NCBI GenBank assembly: GCA_964187785.1
Contig: OZ076420.1
Coordinates: forward strand, 44,516,001-44,580,000
Source of the DNA: Amphiscolops sp. MND2022
Taxonomy: Eukaryota
DNA: 64,000 bases
Direction of reading: 5' to 3'
Each line of letters starts with the position of its first letter. The stretch's first letter is position 1. Both the position numbers and the translations under genes were made by a program. The notes under the pieces are model-generated. The model was not told the origin of the DNA. It saw only the letters and a program-made list of their open reading frames with translations, and did no database searches. This document shows, one piece after another, positions 33,801 to 39,996 of the stretch.

Positions 33801-34305
33801 CTTCCACCGTATTGTTGGCTAAACGCACTAAGCTTTCCTCTCTTTCGGAGGTGACTTTAGCACCATCACTCTGTGATCCTTCTGCCAAGCTAGTAATAGT
33901 TGGTTCAAGATCAAGCTTTTCTATGGTAGCACCATCGGTTTTTAAGGAATGACAAAGAATTTCAAAAGCACTAGTTTCGGTTTTGGTTGTATTAGTCACT
34001 TCCTCAGTGGGTGTCTTGGTTTCCGGCGATGAACGACCATCATCAGGTCGGGATCCGAAATCTTGGGTTTCTTGCAACTCAGCTACTTCAACGTTCTCAG
34101 TAGTTGCCATGATTGGTTCCAAGATCACACTTTGGTCACTGCTTTCGGATGATAATCGGTTCCGAGAATCGCTCTCGTCCTCGTGAACTGGTGAGCTACC
34201 GTTGGTTACGTAATCTGCTGGATGGTCGTAACCATTCTGAGGAGCACCATTTTCCATGACGGGTTTTTTCTTCACGGAGGAATCTGTTTCATCCGAGGGT
34301 TCCAT
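15814..34305 (-). CDS. Giant (6163 aa) highly acidic, predicted intrinsically disordered tandem-repeat protein encoded by one uninterrupted 18.5-kb ORF
   Basis: Continuous ORF with strong start context (AAACC-ATG-G) and an in-frame TAA two codons upstream. Unique N-terminal ~300 aa, about 100 51-aa repeats, and a unique ~750-aa C-terminus ending in a basic segment. AATAAA on the minus strand at 15373-15378. No signal peptide or recognisable globular domain. Confidence 0.9.
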   Translation of the reverse strand: MEPSDETDSSVKKKPVMENGAPQNGYDHPADYVTNGSSPVHEDESDSRNRLSSESSDQSVILEPIMATTENVEVAELQETQDFGSRPDDGRSSPETKTPTEEVTNTTKTETSAFEILCHSLKTDGATIEKLDLEPTITSLAEGSQSDGAKVTSEREESLVRLANNTVEEVMESALQNRTHLSRITVQVTQISVSSEETITQVLKEEASKMETKSYESPQTEDGKPQALPTETNDNTKEAETATNSDMKPEDTCENKLPEIDQETKDETEEHIKSEENQDERDQVNLTGAESNQSSEECFQEESETAAPEEEPEVPTDEAEAKSAPPPTEEPEEVAPADETVAEEPQEDAPEEDSETAAPEEEPEVPTDEAEAESAPPPTEEPEEVAPADETVAEEAQEDAPEEDSETAAPEEEPEVPTDKAEAESAPPQTNEPEEAAPTEKTVAEEPQEDAPEEDSETAAPEEEPEVPTDEAEAECAPPPTEEPEEVAPADETVAEEPQEDAPEEDSETAAPEEEPEVPTDEGEAECAPPPTEEPEEVAPADETVAEEAQEDAPEEDSETAAPEEEPEVPTDEGEAECAPPPTEEPEEVAPADETVAEEAQGDAPEEDSETAAPEEEPEVPTDEAEAECAPQPTEEPEEVAPADETVAEEAQGDAPEEDSETAAPEEEPEVPTDEGEAECAPPPTEEPEEVAPADETVAEEPQEDAPEEDSETAAPEEEPEVPTDEAEAECAPPPTEEPEEVAPADETVAEEAQEDAPEEDSETAAPEEEPEVPTDEVEAECAPPPREEPEEVAPADETVAEEAQEDAPEEDSETAAPEEEPEVPTAKAEAESAPPQTNEPEEAAPTEKTVAEEPQEDAPEEDSETAAPEKEPEVPTDEAEAERAPPPTEEPEEVAPADETVAEEAQEDAPEEDSETAAPEEEPEVPTDEGEAECAPPPTEEPEEVAPADETVAEEAQEDAPEEDSETAAPEEEPEVPTDEGEAECAPPPTEEPEEVAPADETVAEEAQEDAPEEDSETAAPEEEPELPTDEAEAESAPPPTEEPEEVAPADETVAEEAQEDAPEEDSETAAPEEEPEVPTDKAEAESAPPQTNEPEEAAPTEKTVAEEPQEDAPEEDSETAAPEEEPEVPTDEAEAECAPPPTEEPEEVAPADETVAEEAQEDAPEEDSETAAPEEEPEVPTDEGEAEYAPPPTEEPEEVAPADETVAEEAQGDAPEEDSETAAPEEEPEVPTDEAEAECAPPPTEEPEEVAPADETVAEEAQEDAPEEDSETAAPEEEPEVPTAKAEAESAPPQTNEPEEAAPTEKTVAEEPQEDAPEEDSETAAPEEEPEVPTDEAEAECAPPPTEEPEEVAPADETVAEEAQEDAPEEDSETAAPEEEPEVPTDEGEAECAPPPTEEPEEVAPADETVAEEAQGDAPEEDSETAAPEEEPEVPTDEAEAESAPPPTEEPEEVAPADETVAEEAQEDAPEEDSETAAPEEEPEVPTAKAEAESAPPQTNEPEEAAPTEKTVAEEPQEDAPEEDSETAAPEEEPEVPTDEAEAECAPPPTEEPEEVAPADETVAEEAQEDAPEEDSETAAPEEEPEVPTDEGEAECAPPPTEEPEEVAPADETVAEEAQGDAPEEDSETAAPEEEPEVPTDEAEAESAPPPTEEPEEVAPADETVAEEPQEDAPEEDSETAAPEEEPEVPTDEAEAECAPPPTEEPEEVAPADETVAEEAQEDIPEEDSETAAPEEEPEVPTDEAEAESAPPPTEEPEEVAPADETVAEEAQEDAPEEDSETAAPEEEPEIPTAKAEAESAPPQTNEPEEAAPTEKTVAEEPQEDAPEEDSETAAPEEEPEVPTDEAEAECAPPPTEEPEEVAPADETVAEEAQEDAPEEDSETAAPEEEPEVPTDEGEAECAPPPTEEPEEVAPADETVAEEAQEDAPEEDSETAAPEEEPEVPTDEAETESAPPPTEEPEEVAPADETVAEEPQEDAPEEDSETAAPEEEPEVPTDEAEAECAPPPTEEPEEVAPADETVAEEAQEDAPEEDSETAAPEEEPEVPTDEAEAECAPPPTEEPEEVAPADETVAEEAQEDAPEEDSETAAPEEEPEIPTDEGEAECAPPPREEPEEVAPADETEAEEAQEDAPEEDSETAAPEEEPEVPTAKAEAESAPPQTNEPEEVAPADETVAEEAQEDAPEEDSETAALEEEPEVPTDEGEAECAPPPTEEPEEVAPADETVAEEAQEDAPEEDSETAASEEEPEVPTDEAEAECAPPPTEEPEEVAPADKTVAEEAQEDAPEEDSETAASEEEPEVPTDEVEAECAPPPTEEPEEVAPADKTVAEEAQEDAPEEDSETAAPEEEPEVPTDEAEAECAPPPTEEPEEVAPADETVAEEAQEDAPEEDSETAAPEEKSEVPTDESEAECAPPPTEEPEEVAPADETVAEEAQEDAPEEDSETAAPEEEPEVPTDKAEAESAPPQTNEHEEAAPTEKTVAEEPQEDAPEDDSETAAPEVEPENPTDEAEAESAPPPTTQPEEVAPADEIVAEEAQEDAPEEDSETAAPEEEPEVPTDNAEAESAPPQTNEPEEAAPTEKTMAEGPQEDAPEEDSETAAPEEKSEVPTDEAEAECAPPPTEEPEGVAPAEETVAEELQEDAPEEDSETAAPEEEPENPTDEAEAESAPPSTDEPEEVAPADETVAEESQEDAPEEDSETAAPEEEPENPTDEAEAESAPQQTDEPEEAAPAEETVAEESQGDAPEESSETAAPEEELEVPTDEPEAEGAPPETDEPEEAAPAEETVAEEPLEDAPEEDSETAAPEEEPEVPTDGAEAECAPPPTDESEQVAPAEETVTEEPQEDAPEEDSETAAPKEEPENPTDEAEAESAPQQTDEPEEAAPAEETVAEEPLEDAPEEDSETAAPEEEPEVPTAEAEAESAQQRTDEPGEATPTKETVAEERPDDAPEEDSETAAPEEEPEVPTDEAEAESAPPPPPTDEPEEVAPAEETVAEEPQKDAPEEDSKTVAPEEEPEVPYAEAEAESAPQQTDEPEEATPSDETVAEEPPENAPEEDSETAAPGEEPEVPRDEAEAESAPQQTDEPEEATPSDETVAEEPPENAPEEDSEIAAPGEEPEVPRDEAEAESAPPQTDEPEEATLVEETVAEEPQEDAPEEDSGTAAPEEEPEFRTDEAEAESAPLGTDEPEEVTPVEETVAEESPEDAPEEECGTAAHEEEPEVPTDEAEAESAPLETDEPEEAAPAEGTVAGESQGDAPEESSETAAPEEDPEVPTDEVEAESAPPLTDEPEEAARAEETVAEEPQEDAPEEDSETAAPEEEPEVPTDEPEAEGAPPETDEPEEATPVEKTVAEEPQKDAPEEESGTAVPDEEPEVPTDEAEAECAPQQTNEPEEVAPADETAAEEPQEDAQEKDSETAAPEEEPEVPTDEAEGESAPPQTDEPEEATPVKETVAEEPEKDSPEEDSETAALEEEPEVPTDEPEAEGAPPKTDEPEEATPVKETVAEEPEKDSPEEDSETAALEEEPETPTDEPEAEGAPPKTDEPEEATPVEVTVAEEPAEDAPEEDSETAAPEEEPEVPTDEPEAEGAPPKTDEPEEATPVEKTVPEEPQEDAPEEDSGTAAPDEDPEVPTDEAEGESAPQQTDDPEEEAPAEETVAEEPQEDAPEEDSETVAPEEEPEVPTDEPEAEGAPPKTDEPEEATPVEETVPEEPQEDAPEKDSGTAAPDEDPEVPTDEAEGESAPQQTDEPEEATPVEVTVAEEPAEDAPEVDSETAAPEKEPEVPTDEAEGESAPQQTDEPEEEDPAEKTMAEEPQEDAPEKHSETAAPEEEPEVPTDEAEAESAPQQTDENEEAAPAEDTMAEEPQKNALEEDSGTAAPEEEPEVPTDEVEAESAPPQTDEPEEAAPAEATVAEETQEDAPEEDGETAAPEEVPDVSKDEVVTESAPPQTDEPEQAAPVEETVAKVTREDSGTAAPEEEPEVPTDEAEAESTPPQADEPGVAASAKEPVFEEPQEDAPEEDSETAAPEEEPEVSKDEVVTESAPPQTDEPEQAAPVEETVAKVTREDSETAAPEVEPKTPTDEAEAESEPPHTDEPEEAAPAKETMAEEPRKDAPEENSETAAPEEEPEVPTDEAEAESTPPQADEPGVAASAEEPVFEEPQEDAPEDDSETAAPEKEPEVSTDVAEAESAPPETDIPEEATPAEETAAEEPKENASELDSETAAPEEEPEVSTDEVEVKSAPPQTDEPEAAAPAEATVAEEPQEDAPEQDSETAAPEVEPEVSTDEAEAESEPPHTDEPEEAAPAKETMAEEPRKDAPEEDSATAASKEESIVPPGEAEAESAPPQTDEPEEAAPVEVTVAEEPQENALEENSETAAPEEEPEVPTEEAEAESAPPQTDEPEDATPAEETAAEVPREDSQTAAPKEEPEVPTDEAEAESAPLQTDEPEEVAPAEETVFEEPQEDAPEDDSETAAPEEEPEVSTDVAEVESAPPETDKPEEATPAEETAAEEPKENASELDSETAAPEEEPEVSTDEVEAESAPPQTDEPEEATPVEETVAEDTRDDSETAASKEESIVPPGEAEAESAPPQTDEPEEAAPVEVTVAEEPQENALEENSETAAPEEEPEIPTDEAEAESAPPETDEPEEATPAEESAAEEPKENAPEEDSETAAPEEEPEIPTDEAEAESAPPQTDEPEQTAPVEETVVEVTREDSETAAAEEEQEVPTDEFEAESTPPQTEEPEESAPAEETVAEEPQEHALEEDSETAVPEEVPEVPTDEFEAERTPPLAEEPEEAAPAKGTVAEEPQEDGLEEESETAAPEEEPEVPTDEVEAESAPPQTDEPEEATPVEDTEAEEPQEDAPEEDSETAAPKEEREVPTDEAEAESAPLQTDEPEEVAPAEETVFEEPQEDAPEDDSETAAPEEEPEIPTDEAEAESAPPETDKPEEATPAEETAAEEPKENAPEENSETAAPEEEPENPTDEAEAESAPPQTDEPEQAAPVEETVAEDTRDDSETAAAEEEQGVPTDEFEAERTPPQAEEPEEAAPAEGTVAEEPQEDGLEEDSETAAREEEPEVSTDVAEVESAPPGTDKPEEATPAEETAAEEPKENAPKEKSETAAPEEEPEIPTDEAEAESAPPQTDEPEQAAPVEETVAEDTRDDSETAAAEEEQGVPTDEFEAERTPPQAEEPEEAAPAEGTVAEEPQEDGLEEDSETAAREEEPEVPTDDAAAESAPPQTDEPEEATPAEETAAEVPQEDSETAAPEEEPEVPTEEAEAESAPPQTDEPEDATPAEETAAEVPREDSETAAPEEEPEVPTEEAEAESAPPQTDEPEYAAPAEETVAEEPQQDAPEEDSEAAAHEEGLEVPADQLEAESAPQQTDERKEVAPAEETVAEEPQKDAFEEDGDFEAVNEGLEAETIAVDAEPEVVEEEPREIEPEQAAESGDDDLTCQQNESNFEAFTEESNAIPQEISTLEDTVSDFDKVGDSRKNRVPASDSESDSDLVGVIAPSVEVSDVKQAEIKAASEDKEKTAFVDSVLSEKQDDLPPIELNEEVQGVVSEAPDPEEESQGTADIATSSITESTTNEEILLTEFASTDTKATDDSIADDVEDLEPEEQQEIIAEIEDEVEPEKVPDLNTALKIDINQNQKEQDEESTPTKELETESAPKVEDESTLSPDSFTLEISTSGLAADLSDVSSPEELMSPLSEEEGKPEDETRVASICADATSFYDNRPQTDAESDTSTVVDDQLHLDDNHDESPPNQDDSEIDRKTPTQDISTMANGTLKRPKTDHGDVSSDEGECVIQSKTDLSNEMLKSSQPNGFFSDSESYFTDVPVSNLGIRPHDSSYVQSDTEGFTLRGRTLTKQAARPNVRSVSSYSVLESFARAMSPRPYCRDLQIFPQRNILADKVNASEKTVPSKPPRPRATSPVNLYGRSNSSIRMQIERNRAEFYASTYFNPPKYNWIHNLDQDTKAESSPKLNRFNISDSPNKTLPRNTKVSVFKMTTPEPKRAPKPEPVDNLDVVNGKSDDAEIEEMETVPSKATDSESSKPLDRKPSIKLLDRKPSLKLLDRKPSLSKQKKEEPQQVSPQRVMIEPEPEPIDNTLPRGRGREKKRKGKGGSENSQKYSEQSQSRSRSRSIVMAVRSLLTCSPRDVED
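18075..33405 (-). repeat. Coding tandem array, 153-bp unit (EPEEVAPADETVAEEAQEDAPEEDSETAAPEEEPEVPTDEAEAECAPPPTE), about 100 units including 138-bp short variants
   Basis: Direct periodicity; near-identical shadow ORFs are spaced by multiples of 153 (612, 765, 918, 1224). Blocks of 291 (153+138) and 444 (153+153+138) bp occur in the diverged part. Confidence 0.95.
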
Positions 34306-34347
34306 GGTTTATTCAATTGGATTTTTAGGGAGACTGGAAGGCACTCC

Positions 34348-34366
34348 CTAAAATACGCAAAAGAAG
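34348..34366 (-). promoter_or_regulatory. Splice (or trans-splice) acceptor 42 nt upstream of the giant ORF start
   Basis: Minus strand cttcttttgcgtattttag|GGAGTGCC...GAATAAACCATG; polypyrimidine tract plus TAG. Confidence 0.6.
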
Positions 34367-34558
34367 AGTAGAAAAAAATTAAAAATCTGAATCAAAATTG
34401 ATTTTGCATTACGCCCAAGAAATGTATTAAGAGGCAGATACTTTTCGCAACTTTGCAGAAAAACGTAAAAGTTATGAATAAAAATTTAGGCCCAAATTGT
34501 TTTAAAAAAGGCTCACATATGAAAAGTTTAGGCAATCGTAAAGATATATCCTACGCAA

Positions 34559-35479
34559 GTTGACCCTCTTACTAGCATATTGCTGTCTTGGCAAGGTTTT
34601 ACTAAATTCTTACTACATCTTGACAACCATGGAACCCATGGCAAGATTCTTAGTAAGATCTTACCAAGATAATACATTATTCCAAGATCGTATCTTATTA
34701 CGATGAACTAAATTTTGAGATAATAAAATTTCTACTCGTTTTTATAATCAAAATGCTTCAACCTGCTGAAACAACTTTGCATGCAAAAATGCGCGAAACA
34801 AAACGATAACGTATTCTGGTTTCCGAAATTCTGACGAGACTCCTAATAATTCCTCACCTGTTTAAGACTGAGAATGAAAGTCAAATGTAAGCTCATTTCA
34901 AGGGCTTTCGAAAACTTGTAATTGTCACTCCTGTCGATTCTTCAAGAGACTTCGAAAAATTCTCTCAAACTTCACAAGCCACTATCGGAAAGTTACACCG
35001 GGAACACTCAGAAATTCAGAAATTTTTTAAATTCATATCCCCTGCTTTCTTTGAGTCTTTTTCCACAGCCCTAGTACTGCTGGTAACGGCGGTCATTGTC
35101 ACGGTTTGGGTAATGATTCAGCTCGAGGCTTTTCTGACACCGTTGTTGGCAACGGTTTTGCAATTGATAGAACAATTTAATCAGTGCCTCCTAAATAAAC
35201 AGAAGAACTCTTCAATCAAATTTTATAACTTACTAACAGAAAGTTGTCATGTCTAACAATGTAAATCTGCTTAGATGTTGATTTTTGTTGACTTCCCTTC
35301 AGATTTTTTGTAGACAAATATGATTTTACAATGAAGTTTTTCTTGGGAACATGGCTCTCTTGATAAAATCTTACCATGGCAAAATGAATGCCATGGCTAG
35401 ATCTTATCAAGATCCTAGCCAAGATTATTCCAAGATCTTGCCAAGATGTTACCAAGATATCCATGGAGGGCCAACCCGG
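34559..35479 (-). mobile_element. Family A MITE-like element, copy 2 (inverted relative to 3235-4260, one terminus eroded)
   Basis: Begins gttgaccctcttactagcat (reverse complement of the copy 1 right end) and ends gatatccatggagggccaacccgg (reverse complement of the copy 1 left end); internal blocks are collinear. Confidence 0.85.
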
Positions 35480-37201
35480 TTAATCTCTATAAATTCACTC
35501 TGTTGTTCGAGGAATAGAGGAATAGGGTGGATTGCTCTATAGATTGTTTAGCTCAATCTAAAGTTGAGAGCGATATTGGTTTATATAACATCAGTCAAAA
35601 ATTTCTTCCAAAATCCTTCAAGAGGTATCTCAAAACGTGGTACACGCAGCCTAATCGGTGACTGGTTACAATATTTAGAGTACAGATAGAGTTTGGTAGT
35701 TAGATGAAAATTCTATTTCTTCAAACTTTTCAGTTTCAATACTGTTCGAGACTCAATTCTTAACAATATATCCCAAAAAAGCATAAACGGGAAACTTTCC
35801 AACATTTTATTTCCAAAAAAAAATCGAGAACGTTTTCAATTTTTGCCAGCATCTTCATATGAAAAAATGTAACCACCTGAACCAAAAATTTGATTAGAGA
35901 GGGACAAGGGAATATCTCAGTATCATTGAATCGGAAAAAAATAATAAAATGAGCACTTCGATGACTTGTTACAATTGTAGAGAAATTTTGGTATAATCAC
36001 GATGTCACGACAAGCGTTGCGAGATTGCTGCTGCGAAAAACGGAGACGCCTTAAGAGATAGGGTTTCAGCAAAAAGAACAGGCTCTATCTATGAAAAGAG
36101 CCATTTTGTCTCCTGATTTTCCCTGATGAGGTCCTGCTTCTCTCGGATGCCCTTCAATCTGACCTAGTCTTTCATTGCTAAAAGTACCAGGATGTTTGTC
36201 TAATCCAGAACCACTGTCCAAATAGCATTTGAGAACAATGCAAATGTATGAGTCAATTTGCGGCCAACATAGTAATTTCAAGACAGATTAGTATAAACCA
36301 AATAGAAAGCTCCCGAGCTAAAAGAGCAGTTTCTGGGCATTTAACCCACCTAATGTATGGCATCTCAGCTCGCACCGAAAATCAGAAAGTAGACTGATTG
36401 CAACTTTCTGCGCTAATCACTGCTTCTAGAAGTATCAATCTATCGAACAAATACAAATGCCCAAATAGTTTTGAAGATGCCGATGACTGCTAATTGAGTT
36501 TATTACTTTCGCAGCTAATTTCCTCGTTCGGAGGTTTCTGTGCTCCGCCATTTGTGCATTGTCTTTTTTTCAAAAGTCTCCAATGTGATTTCGAAGAGGA
36601 TAGGTTACGAAAAGTAGAATGACAATGTCAAGGGTTTCCGGTTGTTTGGGTAAAAGCACTAAAAGAACCCTGAAAAAAAAAGGAAATATGAGTACATATT
36701 TCCGGTAGGTCTAGTCATTGCACCTTATAGCTAATATGAAACTGCCAGTAGTTTTAATGCTTTTCAATATACCTTTTGAATATTTCTTTGATGAAATACA
36801 CCCACTTTTCAAATGATTGAAACTTGGATGAAGCTCAAGAACATTTTCATCCAGCATGGTGAAACTTACCTGAGGAATCGATGCAGTGAAAAATAGTAAA
36901 CAACAAGTTGAAAGTGGTTGAGAGGACTAGTGAACGAGAACTGGCCAAAATTTTTGAGACTCTGTCAATGAAACTCCCCGACTGGATTTGATTGACAAGA
37001 AAATTGTTTTTCATTAATTCGTATGCCCGATGTTCTGTGAACTTTTTTGAATTATTCCAACTTTTTGAAACATGCAATTCCATGCTGAGAAAAAAACATT
37101 TTGGCCATGTACATGCACATGCACTATACATGATTCATACATGGAAGCACGTAGTATGTCAAAACTGGGAATTAAAAAGTACAAATCAACAAAATAGAAC
37201 A

Positions 37202-37427
37202 AATCAATACTTTGATATAGTGAAAACTATCGCTGATATATATCGCTTTCTGATACGGCATTGAAAAAACTTGGCTATTTTTTCGCCTCTGCACTTAATT
37301 TTTACCCGAAATTTAAATTTCGGGTAAAAATTAAGTGCAGAGGCGAAAAAGTAGCCAAGTTTTTTCAACGCCGTATCAGAAAGCGATATATATCAGCGAT
37401 AGTTTTCACTATATCAAAGTATTGATT
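37202..37427. repeat. 226-bp spacer-less palindrome (113-bp arms, 2 mismatches)
   Basis: Centre 37314/37315 (cccgaaattt|aaatttcggg); arms pair out to aatcaatac / gtattgatt. The two mismatches are transitions. Confidence 0.95.
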
Positions 37428-38873
37428 ACTATGAGCAGTAAAAATTTATAACGTAATTTCTTAAGAACTTGACATGCTGTTCAAAGGAATGCAAAAGCCG
37501 GTGAAAGTAAAACAGTTTTAAATGAAAAAAAACTTGAAAAGGCTGAAGAAAAATTATGCTGGTTTCCTGCTGTTGGTTGTAATTATTGTGTTAATATATA
37601 CATTACCTGGAGAGTTTAAGCGCCACGTCATTAATTACGTATCTATTGCGTCATAAATTGTGCATTTGTAAACTGAGGTCAAAAGTGCAACGAACTCGAG
37701 GCCGTGAAAATGGTCGACATTTCTGTGAATTTGAATATAAAATTGATTTGCTGCGAAGTAAAGATTATCAGACAGAATTCGGATTATAATGGTTCCAATA
37801 TTCTGAAGATAGTTCGCAAATTGTGGAAAAGGGAGTTTTCCCAGGTTGCATGGCACTTTGGACACGGTTATTATTTACAATTCTTGTTTGAATTATTGGA
37901 AAAGAATTGCGCAATATTTGTACAATAAATACAAACTTTTTCAGGTGTTGTTATCTCTAGTTGCAAATTTTGCCACACTTTTTTGCATGTTTGCATTCTT
38001 GTCATATACCTGTCTGGGAAAAAAAGAAAGGACTCGTGAAATATTCCAGGAAAAAAAATGAGCAAACTTACGGTTGGCTACAGAGGACAATAGTCAAGCA
38101 TGACAGCCCTGGTTGAATACTGATAAATAGAAGGAATAAACTCTTTCCATGAATGGTAAAATGGTAAGAAGAGTTAGATCAAAAACAAGCTCCAATTCCG
38201 AAGTTGAGGCGAAGTGCTTTTAAGTGAATGTAAGAAAAGTAAGAAAAGTAGTTGTATAACGATGCATGTAGTTGAAAATGTTTTTTTTTCGCAACTTTCG
38301 CTTGTTCTTCTGAAATGGTATTAGTTACAAATTCGGGCGGCGAGAAAAGAAGGTAGACATTTGATTTGGTTGAGGGAAAATGCGGGAGTAGCAGCGACCA
38401 ATTCTTACCATTCAGACAAAATCAGACAGGACGCTCCATGTTTTTGTCTGCATCAGCGGGATTGCTTCCTTCGTTTGCTGATCAATGCATCATCTATGCA
38501 GCATGCATATTCCTTCTACTTCCCATACATTTTTTCGTACACGTGTAGCAAAAAAACGACGCATGCGCGCGGAATGAAAATTTTGTCTTCAAATTCATTT
38601 TCCGTCATTCGCTTTTTATCGCCAAGCTCGGCGATTTCACACGAAAAGGAAATAATACCATCTTTGACAGCGCTGGAAAATGAAAGTAACCTCATTCCAT
38701 TAATAAAAAACCCGACATTGGAGAAAGTGTAAAAATAGATCTTCAGAAACACGAATTATGGATTTTAAAAGGTGGTAGCTTCAACGACGATAACATTTAA
38801 AGGTATGAGCCGACACGAGGAATGAAATTTTTGAACGAGACGTGAACACGATCAGGTTGAATGTGAAAAGAAG

Positions 38874-39360
38874 CACGACTCGAGTCGTGACCAATCACAT
38901 CAAACCAAAAAATTTAGTTGAGGGTCTGTCTGGTAGACAGATTCCGTCTCGTTCTCTCGCTTAAAACAAGTAAAATCATCAATGCAAAAAACTGCAGACG
39001 GTTTAAGTGTATACCCTTATAGACAAATCTGGCATTGCACGTCTGGAAAAAAACTAGGAGTGGATTGAAAAATAAATCCGGTGTTGACATAGAGGACTTC
39101 CACTAGGGGGATATAAAATTATTGAAATGGTTGAAGGGTTTCCTTTTGAGTAAACAACTGATGGAAAAAACTGCCAATCTACAGGGAAGACAGGAGAACC
39201 TGGCATGCATTTTTCATGTTGTGGCATCTTGAGCCGACGTCAATCAATCGACCAATCATATATGAGAAACTTTCACGAGGGCTTCAAAAAGATCTCAACG
39301 ATCAATCTTGCCTAAAACTTGATTGGTCAACCGAATGACTTTCTAATTACGTCATGACGC
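38874..39360. promoter_or_regulatory. Putative Pol II promoter/enhancer: cluster of CCAAT boxes and CRE/ATF-like sites
   Basis: gaccaatca at 38889 and 39250, tgattggtc at 39320, gacgtca at 39236, ttacgtca at 39347, and a 16-bp palindrome cacgactcgagtcgtg at 38874. Lies 4.5-5 kb upstream of the giant ORF. Confidence 0.3.
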
Positions 39361-39996
39361 GATATGAATACTTCAAACACGTTGTATTTCAGTATCGCAG
39401 CAGGAAAAGGGAATACCATTAAAATAATACCACCAAACAAATTGGTAGGTGTTTTAATGGCGATGAGTCATACATTAGAGTAAATAAGGGAGTTCCTGAA
39501 TACCTAGAAGACTTTTTTTACCGCAAAATTTTTTCCATCAAAGATGCAGAATACGAAATGTGCCGTTGCAAACGTAATAGCTGTTCACGTTAGCTGCTTT
39601 TTGAAAATAACAGTGACTCGATTTTTTTACCTAAGAAGAAAAATTGCTCAAAAAAGCAAATGGAGAAATAGTTTTTACAAAGTCATCGGAAATGGCGCCG
39701 CAAAATGAAAAAAAAAACAGAAGTAGTATCGTTCGAACTGTTATCCTTTGACTGTTATATTGAACTGTTAAAGTGAAAAAAAATGTTGAAGGTTTACAGA
39801 AAATACATAAAAATAAATAGGCATGAAAAATGGCAAAAGTATTTTTCAACGCATACAGCGATAGACTAATACTGAATTGAAAACCATGAAAACTGTTGAA
39901 TTCTGTTTTATCATTTCCTGAAAGAAAAAATGAAAAACACATTGTTGTTTCACTCAATCAATATTGTTATTCAAAAAAGTCAGAATTAACTTCGAG

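Noticed and set aside
36120-36170. Hammerhead ribozyme (CTGATGA motif)
   Set aside because: No stem II followed by GAAA and no matching cleavage-site helix.
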